From Candidatus Latescibacterota bacterium (GTDB taxonomy: Bacteria; Krumholzibacteriota; Krumholzibacteriia; WVZY01): DNA of 64,000 bases. The notes beneath the pieces were generated by a model. It saw nothing but the letters and a program-made list of their open reading frames with translations. It had not been told where the DNA came from and made no database searches. Shown here one piece after another: positions 32,507-42,610 of the stretch; position 1 is the stretch's first letter, and the number at the start of each line of letters is the position of its first letter. The stretch is from NCBI GenBank assembly GCA_963791045.1, contig CAWBQK010000009.1, positions 234,493 through 298,492 on the forward strand, read 5' to 3'. The position numbers were made by a program, and so were the translations under genes.

Positions 32507-33181
32507 TTAATAGGTGTTGATAAATGTCTCTGTGTCGATGACCGTGGCGTAATTGCCGCCCAGGGTTTTCAGGGTCGAGAGATGGACATCCACGGAGTCG
32601 ATTACTTTGTCGTCATACTCTAAGGAACGTGTCGCGCACGCATCACCCACCAGGATACATTCGAAACCGAGATCGTAGGCAGCCCGGACGGCGCCCTCGA
32701 CACACATGTGTGTCTGCATCCCACAGATCACCAGACGATCGATGCCGGCGCCCTTGAGATAGTCGAGAAGGTCCGTGCCGTTGAACGCGCTGACCTCATC
32801 CTTCATTACAACCTTCTCGCCGTCGATCGGTACGACGTCCGGATGAAAGTCTCCACCTTTGGACACATTGTGCCCAACATGAACGACGGTGAGGTTCCCA
32901 CCTCTGAATTTCTCGATCAGCTTTTTGCAGTTGGCGCTCGCCTTTTCGGGCTCGGCGAGCGGCATGAATCCGTCTGGAAAATAGAAGGCCTGGACGTCTA
33001 TGACGACAAGCGCCGTCTTCGCATCCAACGGCCGGGGCCCTTCCGCGTCGGCGGCGACCGCCGCGGCGGGGATTGCGGCGAGAACCAACATGAAAACCGC
33101 GACGACCATCGTCTTTAGCTTCCGGATTCGCGCGAACCCTCGTGTTTGCCCATCGATAAATTGAATTGGCTTGTTTTTCAT
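32507..33181 (-). CDS. Isochorismatase-family cysteine hydrolase, probably exported
   Basis: ALVVIDVQ, K..SAF, GMQTHMCVE; hydrophobic signal-like N-terminus. Start at 33181 or 33109. Confidence 0.85.
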   Translation of the reverse strand: MKNKPIQFIDGQTRGFARIRKLKTMVVAVFMLVLAAIPAAAVAADAEGPRPLDAKTALVVIDVQAFYFPDGFMPLAEPEKASANCKKLIEKFRGGNLTVVHVGHNVSKGGDFHPDVVPIDGEKVVMKDEVSAFNGTDLLDYLKGAGIDRLVICGMQTHMCVEGAVRAAYDLGFECILVGDACATRSLEYDDKVIDSVDVHLSTLKTLGGNYATVIDTETFINTY

Positions 33182-33498
33182 TTTTTGCCTCTTAGCGCCG
33201 TCGCGCCCGCCGACTTCGTTGGAGATTTCCCGGGGGCAGTTTGTGATGGGGCCCCCCTCGCGCCCCATCGTACCAGAAAACCCCAAACGGTCAAGGAAGG
33301 TACTCCGTCGGACAACTTATCGACTCGTCGTCGGACTCTCCCGTGATTGAACGTCCTTTAATGGACGGCCGGGGGCGTAATGTGGTATCTTCGCTTCGGC
33401 GCATGCTCCTCTCCGACACCCTGCATCCCAGCTATACCACCTGCCGGACGGGAGCCTTCCTTTTTGGAAAACTCAAACTGTTGACGGAAGGATTACCG

Positions 33499-34959
33499 AT
33501 GGGCGGCTTTTTTGGTGTTGCTTCAAGAGAAGACTGTATCACAAGCCTCTTTTATGGAACCGACTACCACAGTCATCTCGGCACCAAACGCGGCGGACTA
33601 GCGACGACGAACGGGGGAGGCTTTGTCAGGTACATCCACGACATCACAAACGCCCAGTTCCGGAGCAAATTCGAAACGGACATTCAGTCTATGAAAGGCC
33701 GCCTGGGTATCGGTGTCATTAGCGATTACGAAGACCAGCCGCTTCTCATCAACTCGCATCTCGGGAGCTATGCAATCGTGACCGTTGGCGTTGTCAAAAA
33801 CGCGGACGAACTCGTTCGAAAAGCGTTCAGCAAACGAGGTGTTCATTTCTCGGAAATGAGCGGGGAGGAGATCAACCCGACCGAGCTGGTGGCGTCACTC
33901 ATAGACCAGGAAGAGAGTTTTGTAGAAGGAATCAAGAACGCGCAATCGCATATCGAGGGCTCGTGCTCCATATTGCTCCTCACAAAGGACGGCATCTACG
34001 CGGCGAGAGACAAGCTGGGACGGACGCCGGTAATTGTTGGCGAGGGCCCCGAGGGGTATGCCGCGACGATGGAAACATGCGCCTTCCCCAACCTGGGGTT
34101 TAAAACCACAAAGTATCTGGGACCCGGCGAAACCGTGCTCATGACCCCCGACGGCATCGAACAGAAAACCCCGCCGGGGCCTGACATGCAGATCTGTAGT
34201 TTTCTCTGGGTGTATTATGGTTACCCCGCGTCAAGCTACGAGGGCTTGAATGTCGAGGCGGCGCGTTACCGGTGCGGCGCCGCGCTTGCCGACGCCGACA
34301 ATGTTGAAATCGATTACGTGGCAGGCGTCCCCGACTCGGGCACCGCCCACGCGCTCGGCTATTCCGACCGTGCAAACGTCCGCTACCGCAGACCGTTTGT
34401 CAAATACACGCCGACTTGGCCGCGAAGTTTTATGCCGCAAAACCAGTCGATCCGTGACCTGGTTGCAAAAATGAAACTCATCCCGATCCAGGAACTCACC
34501 GAGGGGCAGAGGCTTCTCTTTTGTGAGGACTCCATCGTCCGAGGAACCCAACTCAAAGACACCATACAGAGGATGTACGAGTACGGGGCGAAAGAAGTCC
34601 ACATGCGCCCCGCGTGCCCACCGCTAGTATTCGGCTGCAAATTCCTCAACTTCTCGCGTTCGCGTTCCGAACTCGATCTTGCCGGAAGAAAAGCGATCGC
34701 CGAAATGGAAAACGGCAGGGAACCCAATCTCGACGAATACACCGATGAAACATCGGACAAGTACCATGCGATGGTCGACCGGATCGGAGAAACCATCGGC
34801 GTGACATCGCTTAAGTATCAAAAGCTCGATGACATGGTGAAAGCAATCGGGGTCGCCCGGGAGAAGGTCTGCACCTACTGCTGGAACGGCTGCGACAAAC
34901 CTGGAATCTGCAGCGCGCCCGTGGATGAATCGCGGGCGGCGGTCACGGAAGAATTGTAA
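33499..34959 (+). CDS. purF: Amidophosphoribosyltransferase (variant lacking N-terminal Cys)
   Basis: MGGFFGV start, ARDKLGRTP, GVPDSG, EDSIVRGT (PRPP loop), CTYCWNG. Confidence 0.88.
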   Translation: MGGFFGVASREDCITSLFYGTDYHSHLGTKRGGLATTNGGGFVRYIHDITNAQFRSKFETDIQSMKGRLGIGVISDYEDQPLLINSHLGSYAIVTVGVVKNADELVRKAFSKRGVHFSEMSGEEINPTELVASLIDQEESFVEGIKNAQSHIEGSCSILLLTKDGIYAARDKLGRTPVIVGEGPEGYAATMETCAFPNLGFKTTKYLGPGETVLMTPDGIEQKTPPGPDMQICSFLWVYYGYPASSYEGLNVEAARYRCGAALADADNVEIDYVAGVPDSGTAHALGYSDRANVRYRRPFVKYTPTWPRSFMPQNQSIRDLVAKMKLIPIQELTEGQRLLFCEDSIVRGTQLKDTIQRMYEYGAKEVHMRPACPPLVFGCKFLNFSRSRSELDLAGRKAIAEMENGREPNLDEYTDETSDKYHAMVDRIGETIGVTSLKYQKLDDMVKAIGVAREKVCTYCWNGCDKPGICSAPVDESRAAVTEEL

Positions 34960-35048
34960 CCATGTTGCGGGCACCGGAGTCAGAACGGGCCCTGACTTGC
35001 ATCACAACATCGAGAGTCGTTGACCCCACGCACCGGAACCAAAACAGA

Positions 35049-35094
35049 GAACCCCGTAACGGAACTCGGCACTCGAGCCCCGCTACGGGGTTTC
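35049..35094. terminator. Hairpin between convergent purF and ferritin-like gene
   Basis: GAACCCCGTAACGG...CCGCTACGGGGTTTC imperfect inverted repeat. Confidence 0.45.
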
Positions 35095-35120
35095 TTCAAA
35101 CAAAGTGAGGAGCAGCGGGG

Positions 35121-35624
35121 CTACGGCCCCATCGACAACAGACCGTCACTCTCGAGAAACGTCTTCGCGTCCTCAGAGTTTCGCATCTCGATCTGATTCC
35201 ATTCGGCCTCGAGAATCGCGTAGTGGCTCTTCTCCATATTGGCCATGTATGTCAAAACCTGCCGGGCATTGAGGTCATTTGTCTTCTGGGCGAGACTCGA
35301 GTAAAACTCCTCGGCCATTTTCTCCGCCGTCATTCCGGCATCAAAGAGTTCCTTGAGACTCGCTTCCCTGCTAAGGACCTCATCGATCATCGGGACGATC
35401 GATTTGGGCGGCAGGGCAAGATCAACCTCGGGGAATTTCTTGTTGTAAACTTCCGTCAAGATCTGCTCGTGTTTTTCTTCCTGTGAAATCAAGAAGGCCA
35501 TTTTTTCCTTGAGATCGTCCGCGTCGACGACTTCCTTCATTCTTGTGTAGAGCTTCACAGCGTCGATCTCGGATTTGATCGCGATGCTCAGGACCTCCAG
35601 AGTGGTGAGATCGTCTTTTGCCAT
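35121..35624 (-). CDS. Rubrerythrin/ferritin-like diiron protein
   Basis: AIKSEIDA..LY, EEKH, AEKMAEEFY, EKSH (two ExxH). Confidence 0.85.
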   Translation of the reverse strand: MAKDDLTTLEVLSIAIKSEIDAVKLYTRMKEVVDADDLKEKMAFLISQEEKHEQILTEVYNKKFPEVDLALPPKSIVPMIDEVLSREASLKELFDAGMTAEKMAEEFYSSLAQKTNDLNARQVLTYMANMEKSHYAILEAEWNQIEMRNSEDAKTFLESDGLLSMGP

Positions 35625-35813
35625 TTTGTTTCCTTTCTGATTCTCTCTCGCGAATTGTCACAGTTGAGGCCGGCCGCGGGGACACCCGTCGCGTCGACCG
35701 ATCCTTGATATTGGTTCGTGTCAAAACCATACCATAAATCGAGGTTTCGGGGAATCGCAAACCTAAGCCGGGCGGACGCAACCGGGTCAAACAAGGAATC
35801 AAACACGCTCCTC

Positions 35814-37949
35814 TCAACTCTGTCTTTCGAGAAGGGCCTTGAAGCGCGGATGCTCGCGGAGCGCATCGAGGTCTGTATCCTTTTCTATCCAATCGGAGTG
35901 ACAACAACCCTGGCTCAAGGCTTTTTCGAGCTGGTCGATCGCCTCTTCTTCACGTCCCGTCAGCGCATAAACACACGCAGCGCCGTAGAGAATCATCGGA
36001 TCGTCGACGTCGATCGCAAGCGCCCTGTCGATCACCTCGAATGCTTCTTCCCTCACCCCGTTATTGGCCAGGCCGATGGCATACATGTATAAGGCGCGGG
36101 CATGTTCCGGATGGAGTTTCGCATATTTCTTGGCGTTCGCAAGCCCGCGCTCGTGCTGCTCCACCGCTTCGTCTTCTCGCCCCAGTGCTTTGAGAGTCTG
36201 CGCGAGAAGAATCGGTGAATCAAAATTATCGGGATCTTTCTCCACCGCGACGGCAAAAAGCACGGCGGCCTTTTCGAGACCACCCCAGCTGTAGCTGTTC
36301 CTCGCGTATGCCTCAAACGCCCCTGGATGATCGGGGTTCAATTTGATAGCCATCTCAAATTCTGTTTCCGCCTCGGCGTAGCACCTGTCATGGTAAAACG
36401 CTCGTCCACGCGCAACATGCCCATCCGCCGCTTCGGGATCCAGGTCGATTGCTTTTTGCCCCAGCGCCATTGCTTTGTCGATGTTTGCCCTGTCGGCGTC
36501 GTGAAAGCTGTAAATATATGAATAACAATCCGCCATTCCAGCATACGCAGGCGCGTAGTGTGGATCCCTTTCGATCGCGTGTTCGTACATTTCGATCGCG
36601 TAACCGATCCCCTTGCGGTGGGTCTGCCTGTAGAACTGCCGGCCGCGAAGATAAAAATCATACGCCTCGTAAATCTGCGTTGCGGATTTTGCGAGGACGC
36701 GTTCATCCTTCGGCGTCAATTTTACTTTTAGGGCCTGGACGACGTTTTCCGCGATCTCATCCTGAATGGCGAAAACATCCCTCAACCGGCGATCGTAACG
36801 CTCGGACCACAGGGGCGCTCCCTCGGCGGCATCGGTCAGTTGAACGGTGATTCTCAACGCGTCGCCGACTTTTCGCACGCTTCCCTCGAGGAGATTGCGC
36901 ACACCCAGCTTCCTCCCAATCTCCTGGACATCTCCGTGCTTACCTTTGAAGGCATACGTCGAGGTTCTTGCCGCAACACTCAAACCGTCGATTTGAATGA
37001 GCTCGTTCATGATTTCTTCGGCGATACCGTCGCAAAAATACTCCTGATCCTTGCCCGGGCTCAAGTCCTCGAACGGAAACACGGCAATAGAGGGGTGAAG
37101 CTTGCTCTCTCGCCGGGTGGCCGCCGCGCCCGGATGCCGGGCGGACCTGGGGTTCTTCAGTTGGGCGAGGAATTCACTCATCCGCTGATACCTGTCATCG
37201 GGGTTCTTGGCCAGGGCTCGTGACACGATAGCGTCCAGGTCGGCGGACACCTCCGGCCGGATTCTCGACGGCGCCTTGAAGTCTTCATTAAGAATCGAAT
37301 ACACAACGGCCGCGGCAATGTCGCCCCTGAAGGGCAGCTCGCCGGTAAGCATTTCGTAGAGGCAAACCCCGAGCGACCAGATATCGGTTCTGTGATCGAC
37401 TTCCTCACTCCTCGCCTGTTCGGGAGACATGTAGGCGGGGGTGCCGACACCGGTGGTCGTTTTCGAAATCTCCTTGCCGCCGCCCATCCGGGCGATACCA
37501 AAATCAGTTATTCTGACCCCGCCGTCTTTCGTCACCATGATGTTGGAGCATTTGATATCGCGGTGAACGATTCCCTTCGCGTGAGCGGCGGCGAGACCGC
37601 TGCCGACCTTGATGGCAATATCGAGCGCACGATCGATCTCCAGCGCCCCGGAAGCGAGAAGTTCCTTCAGGTCGGCGCCATCGACATAGACCATCGCGAT
37701 AAAAGTCTTATCGTCCGATTCCTCAATCTCGTAAACGGTGCAGATGCTGGGGTGGTCCAGCGCCGCCGCCGTCTGGGCTTCGCGGATGAACCGTTGTTTT
37801 TGTTCCTCGCTCCCCACGGCGGCCGGCAGGAGGAACTTGAGCGCGACGATTCGCCTCAGGTTGACATCCTCCGCCTTGTAAACCATACCTACGGCGCCCT
37901 CACCAAGCGGCTCGAGGATACGGTAATGGGAGATGGTCCTGCCGATCAT
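35814..37949 (-). CDS. Ser/Thr protein kinase with TolB-like N domain and TPR repeats
   Basis: LGEGAVGMVY, VALK, HRDIKCSN, DFG, GTPAYMSPEQ, SIAVFPF..YFCDGIAEE, TPRs. Confidence 0.93.
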   Translation of the reverse strand: MIGRTISHYRILEPLGEGAVGMVYKAEDVNLRRIVALKFLLPAAVGSEEQKQRFIREAQTAAALDHPSICTVYEIEESDDKTFIAMVYVDGADLKELLASGALEIDRALDIAIKVGSGLAAAHAKGIVHRDIKCSNIMVTKDGGVRITDFGIARMGGGKEISKTTTGVGTPAYMSPEQARSEEVDHRTDIWSLGVCLYEMLTGELPFRGDIAAAVVYSILNEDFKAPSRIRPEVSADLDAIVSRALAKNPDDRYQRMSEFLAQLKNPRSARHPGAAATRRESKLHPSIAVFPFEDLSPGKDQEYFCDGIAEEIMNELIQIDGLSVAARTSTYAFKGKHGDVQEIGRKLGVRNLLEGSVRKVGDALRITVQLTDAAEGAPLWSERYDRRLRDVFAIQDEIAENVVQALKVKLTPKDERVLAKSATQIYEAYDFYLRGRQFYRQTHRKGIGYAIEMYEHAIERDPHYAPAYAGMADCYSYIYSFHDADRANIDKAMALGQKAIDLDPEAADGHVARGRAFYHDRCYAEAETEFEMAIKLNPDHPGAFEAYARNSYSWGGLEKAAVLFAVAVEKDPDNFDSPILLAQTLKALGREDEAVEQHERGLANAKKYAKLHPEHARALYMYAIGLANNGVREEAFEVIDRALAIDVDDPMILYGAACVYALTGREEEAIDQLEKALSQGCCHSDWIEKDTDLDALREHPRFKALLERQS

Positions 37950-38220
37950 CGGCTTCCTCTCACACGATCGAGATATTTGGATTCGGGGTTCTTCTCGGAC
38001 AAAACGCACACCATCTCTAATATTAGCAAAGAACGCCCGATGGTCAAGGAAAGCGACGAAAATCCGGTTTTTCGTCCGGCCGGCGTAACCCGTCGGAGCG
38101 AGTTCCCGTAGTACTAACAGAGATTGGAAGCCACTTTCTACAGACCCCACCTCTTACAACCCACACCGGCCGCGGGCCGTTACGGGTACGACTCGCGGCC
38201 GGCCTTCCTATCAAAGCAAG

Positions 38221-38259
38221 AAAGTGCCGCGGACCATTTGGCTCCGCGGCACTTTTTTT
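38221..38259. terminator. Intrinsic terminator-like hairpin
   Basis: AAAGTGCCGCGGA-9 nt-TCCGCGGCACTTT followed by T's on + strand. Confidence 0.65.
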
Positions 38260-38283
38260 ATCTATTGTCGGTACGGAAGACGC

Positions 38284-38951
38284 TTAGGGAGCGCTCCCAA
38301 GAAGAATACCAATACCGGCATACAGGTCGAACTGGGTGATTCCCGTTCCGCCAACGCTAAGCCCGCCGGTGCCGACACCGACAAACCCGTCGGTGATGCT
38401 TATCGGAATGTTGCCCTGGACGCGGAGCGAGATCTTCTCGTTGAGATACATCTTCGCGCCCAAACCAAAGATCACCGCGAACTTCCACGAATCGTCATAA
38501 TCTTTGAAGGCGAACCGCGACGCCCCGAGCGTCACTGATGTGAACGGGCGAACGTTTCCGCGCTGAACTCCCGTGATAGCGCCGATCTGGTAATACTCAA
38601 GAGCCAGGTCGGTCAGGGGCTCGGTCCGGCCTCCGGTCTTGAAGGTAAGTTCACTGTCCTGGCGGCGGTAGAGAAGCGTGAGCTGCGCTTCCGGGCGAAC
38701 GTTGATGTCCGCGGCAATTCCCCAGAGCCCGCTGTTCTTGATATCGATGGAACCGGGCTGGTCGCCGACCCATGCATCCTGAGAGAGCGTCCAGGCATAC
38801 CCGCCGATAAAGTAGACTTCCGCTTTGTGCGACGGCGCATTACCGTACCAATTGCCGCCACCGCCACCGCCACCCCACCGCGCTGAGCCATCGCGGCCGT
38901 AAAGTCGAGCGCGATCACGAGGGTGACAACGATCATTAACATCCGCTTCAT
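38284..38951 (-). CDS. Small outer-membrane beta-barrel protein (frameshift ~38880)
   Basis: Signal peptide MKRMLMIVVTLVIAL..AMA in one frame; barrel strands (RPFTSVTLGA, FAVIFGLGAKMY) in the next. Confidence 0.75.
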
Positions 38952-39171
38952 GGTTTCCTCCTGCCTTAGGGGAGCATCCGATGTGCTTACGTTTCGGAAA
39001 ACAAAAAATTGTCGACGCCACGATCCTATCCAGGTCGATCACCGCCGCGCCAATATGCGGTAATACTAAGCGATGAAATTTCAGTAATCAAGCAAGAAAC
39101 GGCCGGCATCACCCGGGCTCCGGGTGGCGCGGGGGTTGCAATCCGGCTCCGGGTGTGCATAATTATACTTC

Positions 39172-39528
39172 ATGGAAATCTTCAAGGAGTTCACTTTCGA
39201 GGCGGCCCACCGGCTTCCCAACGTCCCCGAGGGCCACAAGTGCCACCGGCTTCACGGGCATTCCTTCCGTGTCCGGGTCTACGTCGAGGGCGAATTGGAT
39301 CCGAGTCTCGGGTGGATCATGGATTTCGCCGAAATCAAGACGGCGGTCGACCCCGTCATCAAACAGCTCGATCATTACTATCTCAACGAGATCGATGGGC
39401 TTGAGAACCCCACGAGCGAGGTTCTCGCGAGGTGGATATGGAAACGGCTGGAACCGGTGCTCCCGGCCCTCAGCCGTATCGATATCAGTGAGACCTGTTC
39501 CTCGGGGTGTGTCTACAGGGGCGACTGA
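39172..39528 (+). CDS. queD: 6-carboxy-5,6,7,8-tetrahydropterin synthase
   Basis: [34 protein letters not shown]. Confidence 0.96.
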   Translation: MEIFKEFTFEAAHRLPNVPEGHKCHRLHGHSFRVRVYVEGELDPSLGWIMDFAEIKTAVDPVIKQLDHYYLNEIDGLENPTSEVLARWIWKRLEPVLPALSRIDISETCSSGCVYRGD

Positions 39529-39589
39529 GCCCCCCCGGCAGCCACCTATCCTCCCTGCGCCGAAGTACTCCACCCTTGCCTCGCCCGGA

Positions 39590-39919
39590 CTATCCAAAAT
39601 TTCCCAGAAACCCTATTGCGACGAGTATTATCAATAACAGAACGATAAGCGACCCGGATATGAGCGACGCGAAGAATACGGTCTTGAGAAACATCAGTCG
39701 TCTGGCTTCCTTGTACGCTTCCATTTTATCCTCCTTCGTGAGCGGGACCGGGATATCCCCCGGCAGTTCGCCCACTTCCATTTTCATTACGAGTTCCGAC
39801 AGTTCGGGATCGGTCCCCATTCGTTCCTCGATCAGCCTGCGCGTGTCTTCGCTCGCCTCACCGGCGACATAGAGGGGCAGAAGATCGAGTATGACGTTTC
39901 GTGTGATTTCCATGATCAA
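39590..39919 (-). CDS. Short membrane-anchored anti-sigma factor
   Basis: VILDLLPLYVAGEASEDT (zf-HC2-like ASD without Cys ligands), C-terminal TM; overlaps sigma stop. Confidence 0.75.
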   Translation of the reverse strand: MIMEITRNVILDLLPLYVAGEASEDTRRLIEERMGTDPELSELVMKMEVGELPGDIPVPLTKEDKMEAYKEARRLMFLKTVFFASLISGSLIVLLLIILVAIGFLGNFG

Positions 39920-40401
39920 GACGCCTCTCTTTTGATACGCATATCGAGCAGCTTCTTTCTGACCCGGTGTATTTTGACCCTGGTCGCGGCCAGCGTCAGA
40001 TCGAGAACGCGCGCGATCTCGGCGTACGGCAGGTCGTGCTGGACGCGCATGACAAAAGCGGCACGGTCGATCTCCGGGAGCGTCTGGAGCACCCGATGAA
40101 TTTCGAGAAGTTCAAGACGGGTTTCCGCGCGGACGTCGGGGCCCGGCGCGGTGTCCTTATGGACATCTTCAAGCTCGACCTGTCGACTCTCCCGCCTCTT
40201 CTGCTGCAAATACACGTTCCGTGAAATGGCGAAGAGATATGCTTTCAGCGTTTCGGTGCGGATCGTACTCCTCCTTGCCCACGCGCGGACGAACGTCTCG
40301 GACGTTATGTCCTCCGCGTCAGTGCTGTTACCGGAGAGCCAAAATGCAAACCGGTACACGTCCGGCGCATATGACTCGTAGAGTTCCTGGAAATTCATCA
40401 T
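39916..40401 (-). CDS. ECF RNA polymerase sigma factor
   Basis: DAEDITSETFVRAW, YLFAISRN, LPYAEIA..VKIHRVR. Confidence 0.92.
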   Translation of the reverse strand: MMNFQELYESYAPDVYRFAFWLSGNSTDAEDITSETFVRAWARRSTIRTETLKAYLFAISRNVYLQQKRRESRQVELEDVHKDTAPGPDVRAETRLELLEIHRVLQTLPEIDRAAFVMRVQHDLPYAEIARVLDLTLAATRVKIHRVRKKLLDMRIKREAS

Positions 40402-40420
40402 GACTGCTCTCCGGACACAA

Positions 40421-40446
40421 TATGCGCGGGGACCGGAAAAGTTACA
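40421..40446 (-). promoter_or_regulatory. Candidate autoregulatory ECF promoter
   Basis: TGTAAC-16 nt-CATA directly upstream of the sigma gene. Confidence 0.5.
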
Positions 40447-40512
40447 AAGTATCCAGGGGAAACAAAAGAAATGCGACGGGAGCTTGTTCGGCTTGTCCGG
40501 GAGGACGAAGGA

Positions 40513-42324
40513 TCAGTCCTTCCAACGGATAAGGCACTTCCCGTTCATGTTGCGGATATCGGCTTTGCCGTCGACGAAGCTGCCGTTGATCGATACAACG
40601 TGTAGCGTGGCGTGGAGGCGGTCGTTCTCCAGACGCAAACAAGCTTGTTCGGAGGTCATGGTGCCCCCACCGCCGGGACCAGAAATTTTTGGCAGCAGCC
40701 CACCGACCCATTCGCGCAAACCGATGACAAGCGTATCCCCATCGGCGCAAATCAAGAGCGCTTGATCGATGCCGTTCCACGATATGGTTCGTGCGCTCCC
40801 ATCGATTTCAATTGAACTCATGCACGCCTCGACGCGAACCAGAATGTCGGCGTCTTCCAGAGGGAGGACATCGGGGTCGGGAGAAACCGAGAGGTGGAAA
40901 TCCTCGCTGTCGGAGAGCGGCTGGTTCCATTTGGAGATATACTCGACATTCATCTCTTTCATTATCCCACGGACGAGTACTTTCCCTTTGTTGAACTCGT
41001 ACGTGTGGGAACCGTCGACGGAGAACGTGTCGATCTCCGTCCACCGCTCGCCAAACCACGGAGCAATGTCGCCGGCGCCATGCGTGGTCACCACGTAGTC
41101 GAGCACCGCGCTGATCTCTTTGCGATCCGCAAATTCAATATCGCCGGCGGCGGGCTGGATGACCCCGTCGGAGAGAAGTTGGTTGGCCTCGAGAAGACCG
41201 GTCAGGCGGTTCATCTGGCTTTTTTTCGACACGGCGAAAGCGCCCCACGGGCCAAACGACGTCACAAACGCCAGACCGCAAAGCGTGATCGGTATCAATT
41301 TTATGTTCCGCGTGCGGCTCACCACAAAATAGACGGACATTACCGCAAGCCATACGGCAAGAACGGCGAGCAGATATCGGTTCTCGGTGACGCCATATTG
41401 ATCGATCCGCTTGCCAACGGCGAGAAGCAGCATCCCAATTGCCGGAATCATGGCCGCATAGTACCAGCGCGAATAGTTGCGAACCCACTGACTCCCGCCT
41501 TCGCTGCGCATCGGGTACACGAGAAGATGGGCGAGGATCCCCACAACGGCGACGCTCGATACCAGATATCCTATCCAGCCGCTCGGCCACACCCGTGTGG
41601 CGATGACTTTCCCGAGATAGATCGTGAGTATGATGAGATAGATGATGACGAGTGGAACGAGAATATACTGGGCGAACACCCTTAGTCCCTTTGTGTACTC
41701 GGTGACATCTTCGAGTCCAAGAATATCCTTCGGCACGCCCGCGATGAATACCCAGGTATTGAAGATCGCGACGATGACAATCCACAAACGAATGTAGACA
41801 TCCTCATCCACATGGATTCCAAGAAGTTTGTCTATCGCGAGGAGCGCGACGGAGAGCCCGGCATAAAGCACTACCGAGTAGAGCGCCGACAGGCAGAAAC
41901 GGAGGAAGAGCACCCGGTTGTACTGCCAGAACCCGTTCAGCCGACCCGCGCCGGCAAACGGAGTGAACGCGACGAGAAGGTGCAGACCGATGGTGAACTG
42001 GACGTGCCGCGTAATGGCGACCGGCGTGAACGCATCGGGCAGCGTTAAAGCGTAAGCGGCCAGTGCGCCGCCCGCGACGGCGACCCCGACAAAACGAAGC
42101 GGGCGCAGGCGGTCATTCGACTCTGCCTTTACCGCGATAGCTAACATGAAAGCAATACCGAGCTGGCCGGCGAGCAGGATCTTCAGCCAGATCATCTCTT
42201 CGCTGTGATCGACGAGGATATTGGCGGCAATTGCCGCCGTGACCGCAGCAAGGAGGACAAACGGGAAGCGCGTGATAGACTCGCGCGCGCCGTGACGAAG
42301 ATTGTCGAATGTGGGGATTCGCAT
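40513..42324 (-). CDS. DUF4153-like polytopic membrane protein
   Basis: RFPFVL, FWQYNR, RIDQYGVTENRY, SFGPWGA, SQMNRL motifs. Confidence 0.75.
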   Translation of the reverse strand: MRIPTFDNLRHGARESITRFPFVLLAAVTAAIAANILVDHSEEMIWLKILLAGQLGIAFMLAIAVKAESNDRLRPLRFVGVAVAGGALAAYALTLPDAFTPVAITRHVQFTIGLHLLVAFTPFAGAGRLNGFWQYNRVLFLRFCLSALYSVVLYAGLSVALLAIDKLLGIHVDEDVYIRLWIVIVAIFNTWVFIAGVPKDILGLEDVTEYTKGLRVFAQYILVPLVIIYLIILTIYLGKVIATRVWPSGWIGYLVSSVAVVGILAHLLVYPMRSEGGSQWVRNYSRWYYAAMIPAIGMLLLAVGKRIDQYGVTENRYLLAVLAVWLAVMSVYFVVSRTRNIKLIPITLCGLAFVTSFGPWGAFAVSKKSQMNRLTGLLEANQLLSDGVIQPAAGDIEFADRKEISAVLDYVVTTHGAGDIAPWFGERWTEIDTFSVDGSHTYEFNKGKVLVRGIMKEMNVEYISKWNQPLSDSEDFHLSVSPDPDVLPLEDADILVRVEACMSSIEIDGSARTISWNGIDQALLICADGDTLVIGLREWVGGLLPKISGPGGGGTMTSEQACLRLENDRLHATLHVVSINGSFVDGKADIRNMNGKCLIRWKD

Positions 42325-42610
42325 AATTCAGCCTGTCGATGTCATCACTCTGACATCTCGCCCCCCCCCCTGCAAGCGGGAAATTTGACTATGCGGTTTG
42401 TTCTACGCGTGCGCCCTTGGTGCAGAACGCCGGGTCAAGTTTGTCGCTCATTCTTGGATAGACTCCCGCCGTGGGGGGATTGGCAGAAATACAACACCAA
42501 GCTCATCAAGACGCAACCTGTGTTTTATCTATGACTTGCGAACTACTTTGCAGGAGTCGGCCCAATGTGATGGTACCCGTCAACCACGGGCGAGAGATCA
42601 CGCCGACGTC

